From positions 1 through 23,883 of the forward strand of contig JBGFRZ010000047.1 in assembly GCA_041694835.1 (NCBI GenBank): DNA of 23,883 bases, in the 5' to 3' direction. Source of the DNA: Ignavibacteria bacterium (GTDB taxonomy: Bacteria; Elusimicrobiota; Endomicrobiia; PHAN01). Below the pieces are notes generated by a model that worked only from the letters and a program-made list of their open reading frames with translations, did no database searches and was not told the DNA's origin. Every line of letters starts with the position of its first letter. Within the stretch, counting starts at the first letter, position 1. The position numbers were made by a program, and so were the translations under genes. Positions 1-7,705 of the stretch are shown here, piece after piece.

Positions 1-54
1 GAAGTAAGCAGAATGCTTGAAGGCATCATTCAAAATTTAAGAGACCGACAATGA
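1..54 (+). CDS. 3' end of a four-helix-bundle (IVS-protein-like) gene, copy 1, truncated by the window edge
   Basis: Frame 1 reads EVSRMLEGIIQNLRDRQ*, the same as the C-terminus of the copy at 3778-4137. TGA at 52-54 overlaps the next ATG (ATGA). Intactness cannot be judged. Confidence 0.85.
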   Translation, partial: EVSRMLEGIIQNLRDRQ

Positions 55-2414
55 GAAAACCATTTACTATTCGCTATTCGCTATTCGCTATTTGCTTACT
101 ATTCGCTATTCGCTATTCGCTATTCGCTCAACAACTCATTGATCTAAACACCGCTTCACATCAGGAACTAACGAGCGTGGAAGGCATAACCGAGACAATC
201 GCAAGAAACATAATTTTTTACAGGACGGCAACGCCGTTTAAAATAGTCGATGATTTGAAAAAAGTTGAAGGCATAACAGAAAATTTATTTCTGCTGGCGA
301 GAGAGCGATTTTTTGTCTCCGTCGTCGGGGAAGATATTGAGATTTACGACGATGTCGGCGAAATCGCTGACGAAGAAGGCGCCGCTTCGCCTATTGACGC
401 CGCTGGCGGCGCAGACGGGACAAGCGTCCTTGAAGATTTGCGAAAGACGCCTCTGGACTTGAATATCGCCAGTAGAACGGATTTTCTGGATTTGCCCGGC
501 ATAACTTTTGCGCTCGCCGAAGCTATTATTGCTTATAGGAGAACCCAGCCGTTTAAGTCGGTGGACGATTTGAAAAAAATCCTCGCCATAACGCCCGAGA
601 TTTATGCCACTATTCTTCCATATATAAGGGTGATGAGAGTCGAAGAACGCGAGTTCTTCGCCGGCGATACGCGAGTGAGAGTGGGTCCATCTATTTCGCC
701 GTCTAAACCCGACGCAAACAATGAATACACGGTAGAACCTTTTAATAACCCGGTGCAACTTTACAACAGAACTCGTCTTCGCTTCGGCTTGAGGTATGAA
801 GCGGGTTATATCATAGACGCGGGAAGATGGGAGCCGTCAATCAATTTTCAGACGCTCAGGGATTTGCATCTTAAAAAGTTTTATGTCAGAGTGAACGAAT
901 CATTTGGTTTCGACAAGGTTGTTATGGGGAATTACCAGTTGCAATTTGCACAAGGTCTTGTCTTTTACTATCCTTACGGGGAACTTGTGCGTCCGATAAA
1001 GGTCAAACCCAGGGGCGTTAAGGTTGACACGGGAACAAATCCAAACACATATTTCAGAGGGGTCGCTGTTGAAAAAAAACTGAGTGCGTTTGATTTTGCG
1101 GGGTTTTATTCATACAAAGGACTTTACGCCGATTTGAACGACGACGGCACAGCGCGATTCGACCTTGAGAGCGATGCGAAGAATGATTTAGGGGATAATA
1201 AGATGTATAGCGCCAGGGACCCTTACAGGAATATCAACCGAAAGGATAATCTTCACGAGGAGTTATTAGGCGCTAGAGTCCAGTGGAATTTTGCTCCGGG
1301 AACTCATATTTCTGTTATCGGTTATGACGCAACATATTCGCCTCACATAAACCATAAAAGCTGGGACGGTAGCAAATATGTTTTAAGGAATATCTATAAA
1401 TTCCGAGGCAACAGAAACACAATTGTGGGCGGCGACTTTGAAACATGGTTTAAAGGAATAAACATTTTTGGAGAGTACGCCAGAAGTTTTGAGCAAGGTA
1501 AGGAAAAACTGAATTTGCCCGCGCCGTTTAATAAGGAAAGGAGCGGCGATGCGTGGCTTTTGCAGTCGATGTATAATTTTAAAAAATTCACTTTCTGGGT
1601 TGCTTATTGGGATTATGCCCCGGATTATTACAACCCCCACTCTTCGGCTCAAGGTGGTCGCACAATGCGGGACAAAGATTATAATCAGGTCGGGACATAT
1701 CTGGGATTATTGCTGAAAGAAAGAAAGATTGAATCTCAGATTTCGTATAAACCGGTCAAATATAAAATTCCGCAGGATGCGAAAAACTATCCCGGGCAAT
1801 CGAATGATTTCTGGTTTGATATAAAATATAAGCCGCAGAAAGAGTATGAAATTTATTACAGGGCATGGCATCACTGGTGGGATGACAGCCATAAAATCAC
1901 ATCAATGGACGGAACAACATCCGAGACGACAGACATTTTGAGGGGATATATTAGGAACAGGTATCAGATTACTTACAAACCGATAAAGGCACTGAGATTA
2001 AAAGTCAGGTTTGATGATTCAAGAAAACTTGTGCCGTCGCAGAATTACGAGGAATTTGGCTGGCTTTCTTATGTGGATGTGGATTATGGGCTCACGTCTG
2101 ATTTAAAACTTTCATTTAGATATATGTTCTTCGATTCACCGTTTTTTGCAATGTCATCGATTGACAATATGTGGCCGGGGGTTCTTGTTCCTTTCTTCTG
2201 GACACAAGGAGAGGGCAAGGGCAGGAGATGGTATTTGGCTCTAAGCCAGAAACTCGACAGAAATACGAGCATATGGCTCAGATATGAAAATCTGTTTTAT
2301 CTGAAAGATGGTTATGACAGACATACTTTTAAAGCGCAGTTCGATTATAAATGGGGCGCCGCTCCACGAAGAGCCCGACGAAGAGAGCGAGAAGATGCTC
2401 TGGATGAGCGATAG
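51..2414 (+). CDS. Helix-hairpin-helix (ComEA-like) domain protein with a probable C-terminal outer-membrane beta-barrel
   Basis: 787-aa ORF with two ComEA-type blocks (IDLNTAS..EL..VEGI....A..II.YR...PF..VDDLKKV.GI; LDLNIAS...LPGI...AEAII.YR..QPF.SVDDLKKI). The C-terminal two-thirds is aromatic-rich and beta-strand-like, and the N-terminus is hydrophobic. Confidence 0.8.
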   Translation: MRKPFTIRYSLFAICLLFAIRYSLFAQQLIDLNTASHQELTSVEGITETIARNIIFYRTATPFKIVDDLKKVEGITENLFLLARERFFVSVVGEDIEIYDDVGEIADEEGAASPIDAAGGADGTSVLEDLRKTPLDLNIASRTDFLDLPGITFALAEAIIAYRRTQPFKSVDDLKKILAITPEIYATILPYIRVMRVEEREFFAGDTRVRVGPSISPSKPDANNEYTVEPFNNPVQLYNRTRLRFGLRYEAGYIIDAGRWEPSINFQTLRDLHLKKFYVRVNESFGFDKVVMGNYQLQFAQGLVFYYPYGELVRPIKVKPRGVKVDTGTNPNTYFRGVAVEKKLSAFDFAGFYSYKGLYADLNDDGTARFDLESDAKNDLGDNKMYSARDPYRNINRKDNLHEELLGARVQWNFAPGTHISVIGYDATYSPHINHKSWDGSKYVLRNIYKFRGNRNTIVGGDFETWFKGINIFGEYARSFEQGKEKLNLPAPFNKERSGDAWLLQSMYNFKKFTFWVAYWDYAPDYYNPHSSAQGGRTMRDKDYNQVGTYLGLLLKERKIESQISYKPVKYKIPQDAKNYPGQSNDFWFDIKYKPQKEYEIYYRAWHHWWDDSHKITSMDGTTSETTDILRGYIRNRYQITYKPIKALRLKVRFDDSRKLVPSQNYEEFGWLSYVDVDYGLTSDLKLSFRYMFFDSPFFAMSSIDNMWPGVLVPFFWTQGEGKGRRWYLALSQKLDRNTSIWLRYENLFYLKDGYDRHTFKAQFDYKWGAAPRRARRREREDALDER
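66..128 (+). repeat. (TATTCGC)n heptamer tract, right arm of cassette 1, translated as the N-terminal hydrophobic segment
   Basis: Tandem TATTCGC/TATTTGC units are directly visible and encode IRYSLFA repeats. Confidence 0.95.
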
Positions 2415-2425
2415 CCGCCGGTAAG

Positions 2426-2499
2426 GAAATTAATAGAAAATGAATAAATTTTCCAATTACAACAAATTTCTATCAATTTCAACTAATTTCTTTTATTTC
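2426..2499. repeat. Inverted decamer-repeat element (GAAATTAATA/GAAAATGAAT ... AACAAATTTC TATCAATTTC AACTAATTTC)
   Basis: 10-nt periodic AATTTC units are complementary to the upstream GAAAT units. The element ends just before GGAG and the ATG at 2511. Confidence 0.6.
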
Positions 2500-2510
2500 T
2501 GGAGTTACTT

Positions 2511-3734
2511 ATGAAAAAACTATTTGCTATTCACTATTTGCTATTTGCTATTCGCTATTTGGTTTTAACTATTGCCTATTGCCTATTACCTATTGCCTAT
2601 CTTCAGGCTTATTCCTATCTCGGCTCCTCCGCCGCGCTCGGCGATATGAGCGTTGGTCAAGGACTTCGTTCCGCTGCTATGGGTGGAGCGGGTATTGGTG
2701 GAAGCGATGAGCCGTCCACATTGCTCCACAATCCTGCGACTATGAATTTCCTTGAACGCAGACAAATCTCCGCCGGGTTCGGATTTGTGCCGTTTACTGA
2801 AAGAGTGAGCACATCCGATAAACGCACATATTACAACGAATCAACTAATTTTCAGATTAACAATTTCGCCGCGGTTTTACCATTTAGAGAAGGCATGTTT
2901 GCCGTCGGATTTGCCTACGCTCCTCTTTACGATTATAATTACAAACATACACAGAATATTTTTAGTCAAGCCGCTCCCGCCACAAAAATTGGTTACAAAG
3001 AATTAGATGCTTCGGGCGGCATCCACGCTATGAGTCCAGCGGTTTCGGTTAAACTGGGCGATTTATTTTCGCTCGGTTTGTCTTACAACATAATAGGGGG
3101 GACACTTAAAAGAAAAACGCATGAAATAGATACCACGGGAACTTCCGCAGTAATAAAATACAGCACATCGATAACCGCTAATGTTTCGGGCGGAAACATA
3201 AATTTCGGATTAGTTTTTACAGGCGTAGGGCCATTAAGAATAGGGCTCAACTACTACGGGCAATCCAGTGTCAATTTGAAAGAAAAAAATGAAACGACAA
3301 ACGTTACAACGGATAGAAAAATCGCTCTGCCGGGTTATATCGGATTTGGCGTTGCGTGGGATTTCGGAGGGATGCGCAACACAAAACTTGCGTTTGATGT
3401 GCTTCCCATTCCTTACAGCGGCGCAAAAGTTGACGATGTAAAAATTGGTTTGTCAGACATAACGGTCTTGAAAATGGGCGTTGAGCATTTTGTTCAGGAA
3501 GATATTCCGTTTAGATTTGGTTTCTACTCGCTCCCTTTCTACGCTGACAGAAAAATAGAACTTGTGGCATTTACATTGGGCGTTGGTTATAAATTATCTG
3601 AAAATGTATTTTTTGATATAATGGGAGAATACGGCAAGAGAAATTTTTTTGGTGATAATTTATTTTTTGATTCTAAAACAAGCGTTGATGAGTCGTTCAA
3701 AAAACTGATGTTTGGCGCAAATTATAAGTGGTAG
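2511..3734 (+). CDS. Outer-membrane beta-barrel protein, OmpP1/FadL-PorV-like
   Basis: 407 aa with a G.RSAAMGGA...S.....HNPA motif typical of FadL/PorV-type N-termini, alternating beta-strand patterns and a terminal YKW. GGAG lies upstream. Confidence 0.75.
   Translation: MKKLFAIHYLLFAIRYLVLTIAYCLLPIAYLQAYSYLGSSAALGDMSVGQGLRSAAMGGAGIGGSDEPSTLLHNPATMNFLERRQISAGFGFVPFTERVSTSDKRTYYNESTNFQINNFAAVLPFREGMFAVGFAYAPLYDYNYKHTQNIFSQAAPATKIGYKELDASGGIHAMSPAVSVKLGDLFSLGLSYNIIGGTLKRKTHEIDTTGTSAVIKYSTSITANVSGGNINFGLVFTGVGPLRIGLNYYGQSSVNLKEKNETTNVTTDRKIALPGYIGFGVAWDFGGMRNTKLAFDVLPIPYSGAKVDDVKIGLSDITVLKMGVEHFVQEDIPFRFGFYSLPFYADRKIELVAFTLGVGYKLSENVFFDIMGEYGKRNFFGDNLFFDSKTSVDESFKKLMFGANYKW
2520..2600 (+). repeat. 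Degenerate (TATTYGC)/(TATTGCC)n heptamer tract encoding the signal-peptide-like N-terminus
   Basis: Units tatttgc tattcac tatttgc tatttgc tattcgc ... tattgcc tattgcc tattacc tattgcc are visible. Confidence 0.9.
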
Positions 3735-3747
3735 ATAATAATTGAAG

Positions 3748-4238
3748 GCGAATAGCAAATAGCGAATAGCAAATAGTATGAGGCCGCATAAAAATCTTAA
3801 AATTTGGGAAAAAGTGATGTTGATGATAGAAGAAATTTATCAGCACACTGGCGGTTTTCCGAGAGAAGAAGTTTATGGATTGACAGCCCAGATATGAAGG
3901 GCGGCGGTTTCTGTCGCTTCAAATATCGCAGAAGGCGCGGCAAGAAAAGGAAAGCAAGAAAAAATTCAATTTTTCAATATTGCCAAAGGTTCGCTGAGTG
4001 AAATAGATGCGCAGTTGGAAATATCTTTCAGGTTAAAGTTTTTAAGCAAAGATGACCATTCAAAGTTTCAGTGCGCAATAGATGAAGTAAGCAGAATGCT
4101 TGAAGGCATTATTCAAAATTTAAGAGACCGACAATGAGAAAACCATTTACTATTCGCTATTCGCTATTCGCTATTTGCTTACTATTCGCTATTCGCTATT
4201 TGCTAATCACTATTTGCTATTCGCTATTCGCTATTCGC
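3748..4238 (+). mobile_element. Four-helix-bundle cassette, copy 2, bounded by inverted heptamer arms
   Basis: Left arm (GCRAATA)x4 at 3748-3775, gene at 3778-4137, right arm (TATTYGC)n at about 4148-4238. Near-identical units occur at 1-128 and 5739-6203. Mobility is inferred from the repeated occurrence only. Confidence 0.7.
3778..4137 (+). pseudogene. Four-helix-bundle protein (23S rRNA IVS-protein-like, TIGR02436-type) with one in-frame TGA
   Basis: Manual translation: MRPHKNLKIWEKVMLMIEEIYQHTGGFPREEVYGLTAQI*RAAVSVASNIAEGAARKGKQEKIQFFNIAKGSLSEIDAQLEISFRLKFLSKDDHSKFQCAIDEVSRMLEGIIQNLRDRQ. The family motifs L.IW, FP.EE.YGL..Q.RR, S..SNIAEG and A.GS..E are present. TGA at 3895-3897 corresponds to CGA in the paralog. 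Confidence 0.9.
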
Positions 4239-5738
4239 TGTCTTTATTCTTTTGAAACCGTAAAATTTCGTTCGCCGAGAACCGGTAGAGTCGTCGACGT
4301 GATAAAAGACGAGGTCTTAATTGTTTTTCACGAAGGAATTAAGACGGAAGCAAAAAATGCACTTCATCGGGCTCTGCGCACGACGAAAATCACTGACGAT
4401 ACAGACGAGATATTCTTTCAGAAAGTTAGAATCCCCGCTGGCGAGACCATTGAAAACGTAATACAAAAATACAAGGCCGACCCAGCGGTGAGATATGCCG
4501 AGCCCAACTTTATAAAAAGAAAATTTACCGCTGTCAACGACCCGCTTTATACGGAAAATCCCACAGATGTAGCCAGACAATGGGGGATTGCAAAAATCAA
4601 TGTCAAACAAGCATGGGGTATCTCAACCGGTTCAGGCGTTGTAGTTGCCGTTTTAGATACAGGAATTGACAAAGACCATCCTGATTTTGCGTCAGCGCTA
4701 ACCCCACCGGAGACATGGGGCGTTTATATCGGAACAACAGGTATAAAGGATGTCGACGGACACGGCACTCATGTTGCTGGGATAATCGCCGCCCGTTCCA
4801 ACGGACAGTATGTGGTGGGTGTTGCGACAAATTGTTTGATTCTGCCGATAAAAGTTCTTGGCGATGACAGAAAGGGGACTTTGGCTTCGGGGATTAACGG
4901 GCTTATTTATGCTTCGACCGTTACAATACCTGGCCATCCCGCGGGTGTCCGAATAATAAATTTAAGTTTGGGAAATTATGAATTTTCGGATATAGAGAAT
5001 TTTGCAATCCAAGAGGTCTACAACAAAGGAATAAGTATAATAGCCGCCTCTGGCAACGACAACCGCGACAGCCTCGCGTATCCGGCGGGATATGCAAATG
5101 TTCTTGCGGTCGGCTCCTCCACACCCGATGACACGCGTTCTTCTTTTTCCAACTATGGCTCAAACCTGGGTTTAGTTGCACCGGGCGGCAGAGGTCTGGT
5201 GATAGCCGGTGAGCCCGGCGATATTATTTCGACTTACCCACTTGTGCGCGGAGCCACAGCATACCTTGCGGGCACTTCAATGGCAACACCATTTGTTTCA
5301 GGTGTCGCCGCTTTGATGCTGTCTGCAAACCCCAATTTGTCGCCAAAAGATGTTTATCATATTCTGCGCCACACAACCGATGATATAGACACTCCCGGTC
5401 GCGATATCCGCACAGGATATGGGCGACTTAATGCTTTTAAAGCGGTAAACGCCGTCGTCGGCTACTCTCCAAAAATTCTTGCAAAAGCATATTCATATCC
5501 CAATCCGTTGCATATCGCAAAAAGGCAGGTGGTATATTTTTATATCCCCGAAGCCCTCGGTGTAGAAAATCTCAGGATAAGAATATATAATTTCGCAGGC
5601 GACGAAATAAAAGCCATTAGTGAAAATATGTGGGACGGGAAAGACGACAACGGAAATCTTGTCCCGACGGGACTTTACTTTTTTGCGGTCGAGACATCCA
5701 GAGGCAAAAGCACGGGGAAGATGACGGTTATTAGATAA
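4134..5738 (+). CDS. S8 (subtilisin-like) serine peptidase with prodomain and C-terminal T9SS-sorting/FlgD-Ig-like domain
   Basis: Triad motifs VAVLDTG, HGTHVAG and GTSMA. The prodomain ends V.YAEPN. The C-terminus reads YSYPNP...IRIYN..G...WDGKDDNG..VPTG.YF...TGKMTVIR. Confidence 0.92.
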   Translation: MRKPFTIRYSLFAICLLFAIRYLLITICYSLFAIRCLYSFETVKFRSPRTGRVVDVIKDEVLIVFHEGIKTEAKNALHRALRTTKITDDTDEIFFQKVRIPAGETIENVIQKYKADPAVRYAEPNFIKRKFTAVNDPLYTENPTDVARQWGIAKINVKQAWGISTGSGVVVAVLDTGIDKDHPDFASALTPPETWGVYIGTTGIKDVDGHGTHVAGIIAARSNGQYVVGVATNCLILPIKVLGDDRKGTLASGINGLIYASTVTIPGHPAGVRIINLSLGNYEFSDIENFAIQEVYNKGISIIAASGNDNRDSLAYPAGYANVLAVGSSTPDDTRSSFSNYGSNLGLVAPGGRGLVIAGEPGDIISTYPLVRGATAYLAGTSMATPFVSGVAALMLSANPNLSPKDVYHILRHTTDDIDTPGRDIRTGYGRLNAFKAVNAVVGYSPKILAKAYSYPNPLHIAKRQVVYFYIPEALGVENLRIRIYNFAGDEIKAISENMWDGKDDNGNLVPTGLYFFAVETSRGKSTGKMTVIR

Positions 5739-6203
5739 GCGAATAGCAAATAGCGAATAGCGAATAGTGATATGAGTCCACATAAAAATCTTAAAATTTG
5801 GGAAAAAGTGATGTTGATGATAATTGTCATACCAATAACTTTCCCAAAGAGGAAGTTTATGATTTGATAGTCCAAATACGAAGGGAGGCTGTTTCGGTTG
5901 CTTCAAATATCGCAGAAGGTGCAGCAAGAAAAAAGAAAAGGAAAACAAGAGAAAATTCAATTTTTTAATATTGCCAAAGGGTCACTGAGCGAAATAGATG
6001 CGCAGTTGGAAATATCTTTCAGGTTAAAGTTTCAGTGTGCAATAGATGAAGTAAGCAAAATGCTTGAAGGCATCATTCAAAATTTAAGAGACCGACAATG
6101 AGAAAACCATTTACTATTCGTTATTCGCTATTCGCTATTTGCTTACTATTCGCTATTCGCTGTTTACTCTTCACTATTTGCTATTTGCTATTCGCTATTC
6201 GCT
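5739..6203 (+). mobile_element. Four-helix-bundle cassette, copy 3, bounded by inverted heptamer arms
   Basis: Left arm (GCRAATA)x4 starts immediately after the S8 stop codon, followed by a degenerate gene at 5772-6101 and a right arm at about 6112-6203. Confidence 0.7.
5772..6101 (+). pseudogene. Four-helix-bundle protein pseudogene (frameshifted)
   Basis: Starts MSPHKNLKIWEKVMLMI. Relative to copy 2 it has an approximately 10-nt deletion near 5823, a 7-nt AAGAAAA duplication near 5930 and a 27-nt deletion between AAAGTTT repeats near 6030. It ends LEGIIQNLRDRQ*. Confidence 0.88.
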
Positions 6204-7033
6204 GTCTTTATTCTTCGCCTTTTCTGAAACTTCCGACTGGTGCTCGGGGCTTGGCACTATCTGGGAGTTATGTTGCTGGCGAGGATTTAAGCGTTGTTGA
6301 ATATAACCCAGCGGGACTTATGACATACAGAGGACTCAACGCCGAATTTTCGTATATGAGACACCTTGAAGAAACGACTATTAACAGTCTTTATGGCGGA
6401 TACACTTCAAGAAAATTCGCCCTGGCGTTCGGCTACAAAGGTTATTCCGCAGATGACACAGCGAGGGACACATTGGGTGCAGAGGCGGGTAAAATCACTC
6501 ATTCGGAATCGGTAATCAGCGGAGCGGTTGGTTTGACTATGGCCAGGAATTTTTCGGCGGGGCTGAATGTCAGGTTGCTTTCAAGAAAAATTTCAGACTC
6601 AAGTATTGGGGGTATTAGCACATCACTTTCAGGAATAATTTTTGATGTAGGATTTATGTATTTGCGAGGAGCCGATAGTTATGGTGTTTCCATAACGAAT
6701 ATCGGCAGCGGAATGAAGTTTGATTACATAGGAGCCGTCCCGGAAGCTCCACCTTTGACATACTCTCTTGGCGGTCGGCACAGTATTGGAAGAATCAGCG
6801 GTTTGTGGCAGATTTCAAAATTAAACGACAATAAAAGGCTCTTAATTTCGACGGCACTTGAATACCATATAATCGAGCATCTTGCCTTAAGGGGCGGGAT
6901 TAAATATCTTAAAGCGTTTGATGTTTCTTTAGGAGCAGGATTCAGGTGGAATAAGTTTCATATTGATTATGCTCTTTCGCCTCATGTCGATTTCGGAGCG
7001 GTTCACAATATTTCCGTCGGGGTAAGATTTTAA
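6098..7033 (+). CDS. PorV/PorQ-family outer-membrane protein
   Basis: 311 aa with the N-terminal motif FLKLPTGARGLALSG.Y......YNPAGL and a C-terminal IDYA.....FG.VH.ISVG.RF ending in Phe. Confidence 0.8.
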   Translation: MRKPFTIRYSLFAICLLFAIRCLLFTICYLLFAIRCLYSSPFLKLPTGARGLALSGSYVAGEDLSVVEYNPAGLMTYRGLNAEFSYMRHLEETTINSLYGGYTSRKFALAFGYKGYSADDTARDTLGAEAGKITHSESVISGAVGLTMARNFSAGLNVRLLSRKISDSSIGGISTSLSGIIFDVGFMYLRGADSYGVSITNIGSGMKFDYIGAVPEAPPLTYSLGGRHSIGRISGLWQISKLNDNKRLLISTALEYHIIEHLALRGGIKYLKAFDVSLGAGFRWNKFHIDYALSPHVDFGAVHNISVGVRF

Positions 7034-7128
7034 AAAAGTTGAAGGTTAAAGGTTGAAGGTTAAAATGTTTTGCTGTAATTTAAATTTTAACTTTTGACCT
7101 TTTAATTTCCGCATTGGCGGGTCGGAGG
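7034..7128 (+). repeat. Empty inverted heptamer element (RAAGGTT)n...(RACYTTT)n followed by a CCGC-ATTG-GCGG hairpin and GGAGG
   Basis: Arms at 7034-7061 and 7082-7102, hairpin at 7109-7120, SD at 7124-7128. Confidence 0.75.
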
Positions 7129-7132
7129 TTCT

Positions 7133-7291
7133 ATGGCAGAAGGAAGATGTATGAAGTGCAAGAAGCAGGTTGAGATTAAAGACGCAAAAGAAGTTGAGTT
7201 CAAAGGTAAAGGTGACGCTGTGAGAAAAGCTCTTCAGGGAGTGTGTCCCACCTGCGGGACTAAAGTTTTTAGAATTTTAGGAAAAAAATAA
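7133..7291 (+). CDS. Small basic zinc-ribbon protein, DUF5679-like (52 aa; not in the ORF track)
   Basis: MAEGRCMKCKKQVEIKDAKEVEFKGKGDAVRKALQGVCPTCGTKVFRILGKK has two CxxC motifs. GGAGG lies 4 nt before the ATG. Confidence 0.85.
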   Translation: MAEGRCMKCKKQVEIKDAKEVEFKGKGDAVRKALQGVCPTCGTKVFRILGKK

Positions 7292-7347
7292 TAGCCGCAC
7301 CGACGCTACAAAATCACACTATCTTTTATCTCTATACCTTGTTAAAT

Positions 7348-7418
7348 CTCCGGGGCTTGGATTCGAACCAAGATCCCGTGGTCCAGAGCCACGTATCCTA
7401 CCGTTGGACGACCCCGGA
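7348..7418 (-). tRNA. tRNA-Gln (anticodon CTG)
   Basis: Cloverleaf TCCGGGG...CGTGG-CT-CTG-GA-CCACG...CTTGG-TTCGAAT-CCAAG-CCCCGGA-G. CCA is not encoded. Confidence 0.95.
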
Positions 7419-7423
7419 ATAAA

Positions 7424-7705
7424 TTAGTGCTTTGTCTCTGAACTTTGTATTTTCTTGACTTCATCTGCATAGTTCAACTCAAGGTCTGACAAAGTTGTAA
7501 TTAAAAGCTTTTCTTCTTCTTCAGAAAGATTCCCCGCCATTTTTTCTTTTATCATCAGCAACATATCGATTGAAATTTGCGCATGCTCTAACTGTCTTTC
7601 TATTTTGCCGTTTATGGGATTTGGAATTTTGCCCAACTGCTGCCAGCATGCGGATGCGAGCATTAAAACAAGATTTATGAAATTAGGATTTGTCTTCTTC
7701 TCCAT
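7424..7705 (-). CDS. DUF1844-domain protein
   Basis: 93 aa matching the pattern F..LV.ML...QQLG..PNP..GK....LE.A...IDML..I.EK..GNL..EE..LL...L.DL.L.Y. Confidence 0.8.
   Translation of the reverse strand: MEKKTNPNFINLVLMLASACWQQLGKIPNPINGKIERQLEHAQISIDMLLMIKEKMAGNLSEEEEKLLITTLSDLELNYADEVKKIQSSETKH

Noticed and set aside
3895-3897. In-frame TGA as a sign of recoding (Sec, or genetic code 4/25)
   Set aside because: The paralog has CGA (conserved Arg) at this position, and lon, clpP and hisS end in TGA, so a nonsense mutation is simpler.
3804-4001. 65-aa ORF here, and ORFs at 5493-5960, 5675-5875 and 5898-6101, as separate genes
   Set aside because: They are off-frame, antisense or partial readings of the four-helix-bundle pseudogenes.
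3778-6101. Diversity-generating retroelement (Avd-like genes, plus an FGE-type fold nearby)
   Set aside because: No reverse transcriptase and no template/variable repeat pair with adenine-specific differences is seen in the window.
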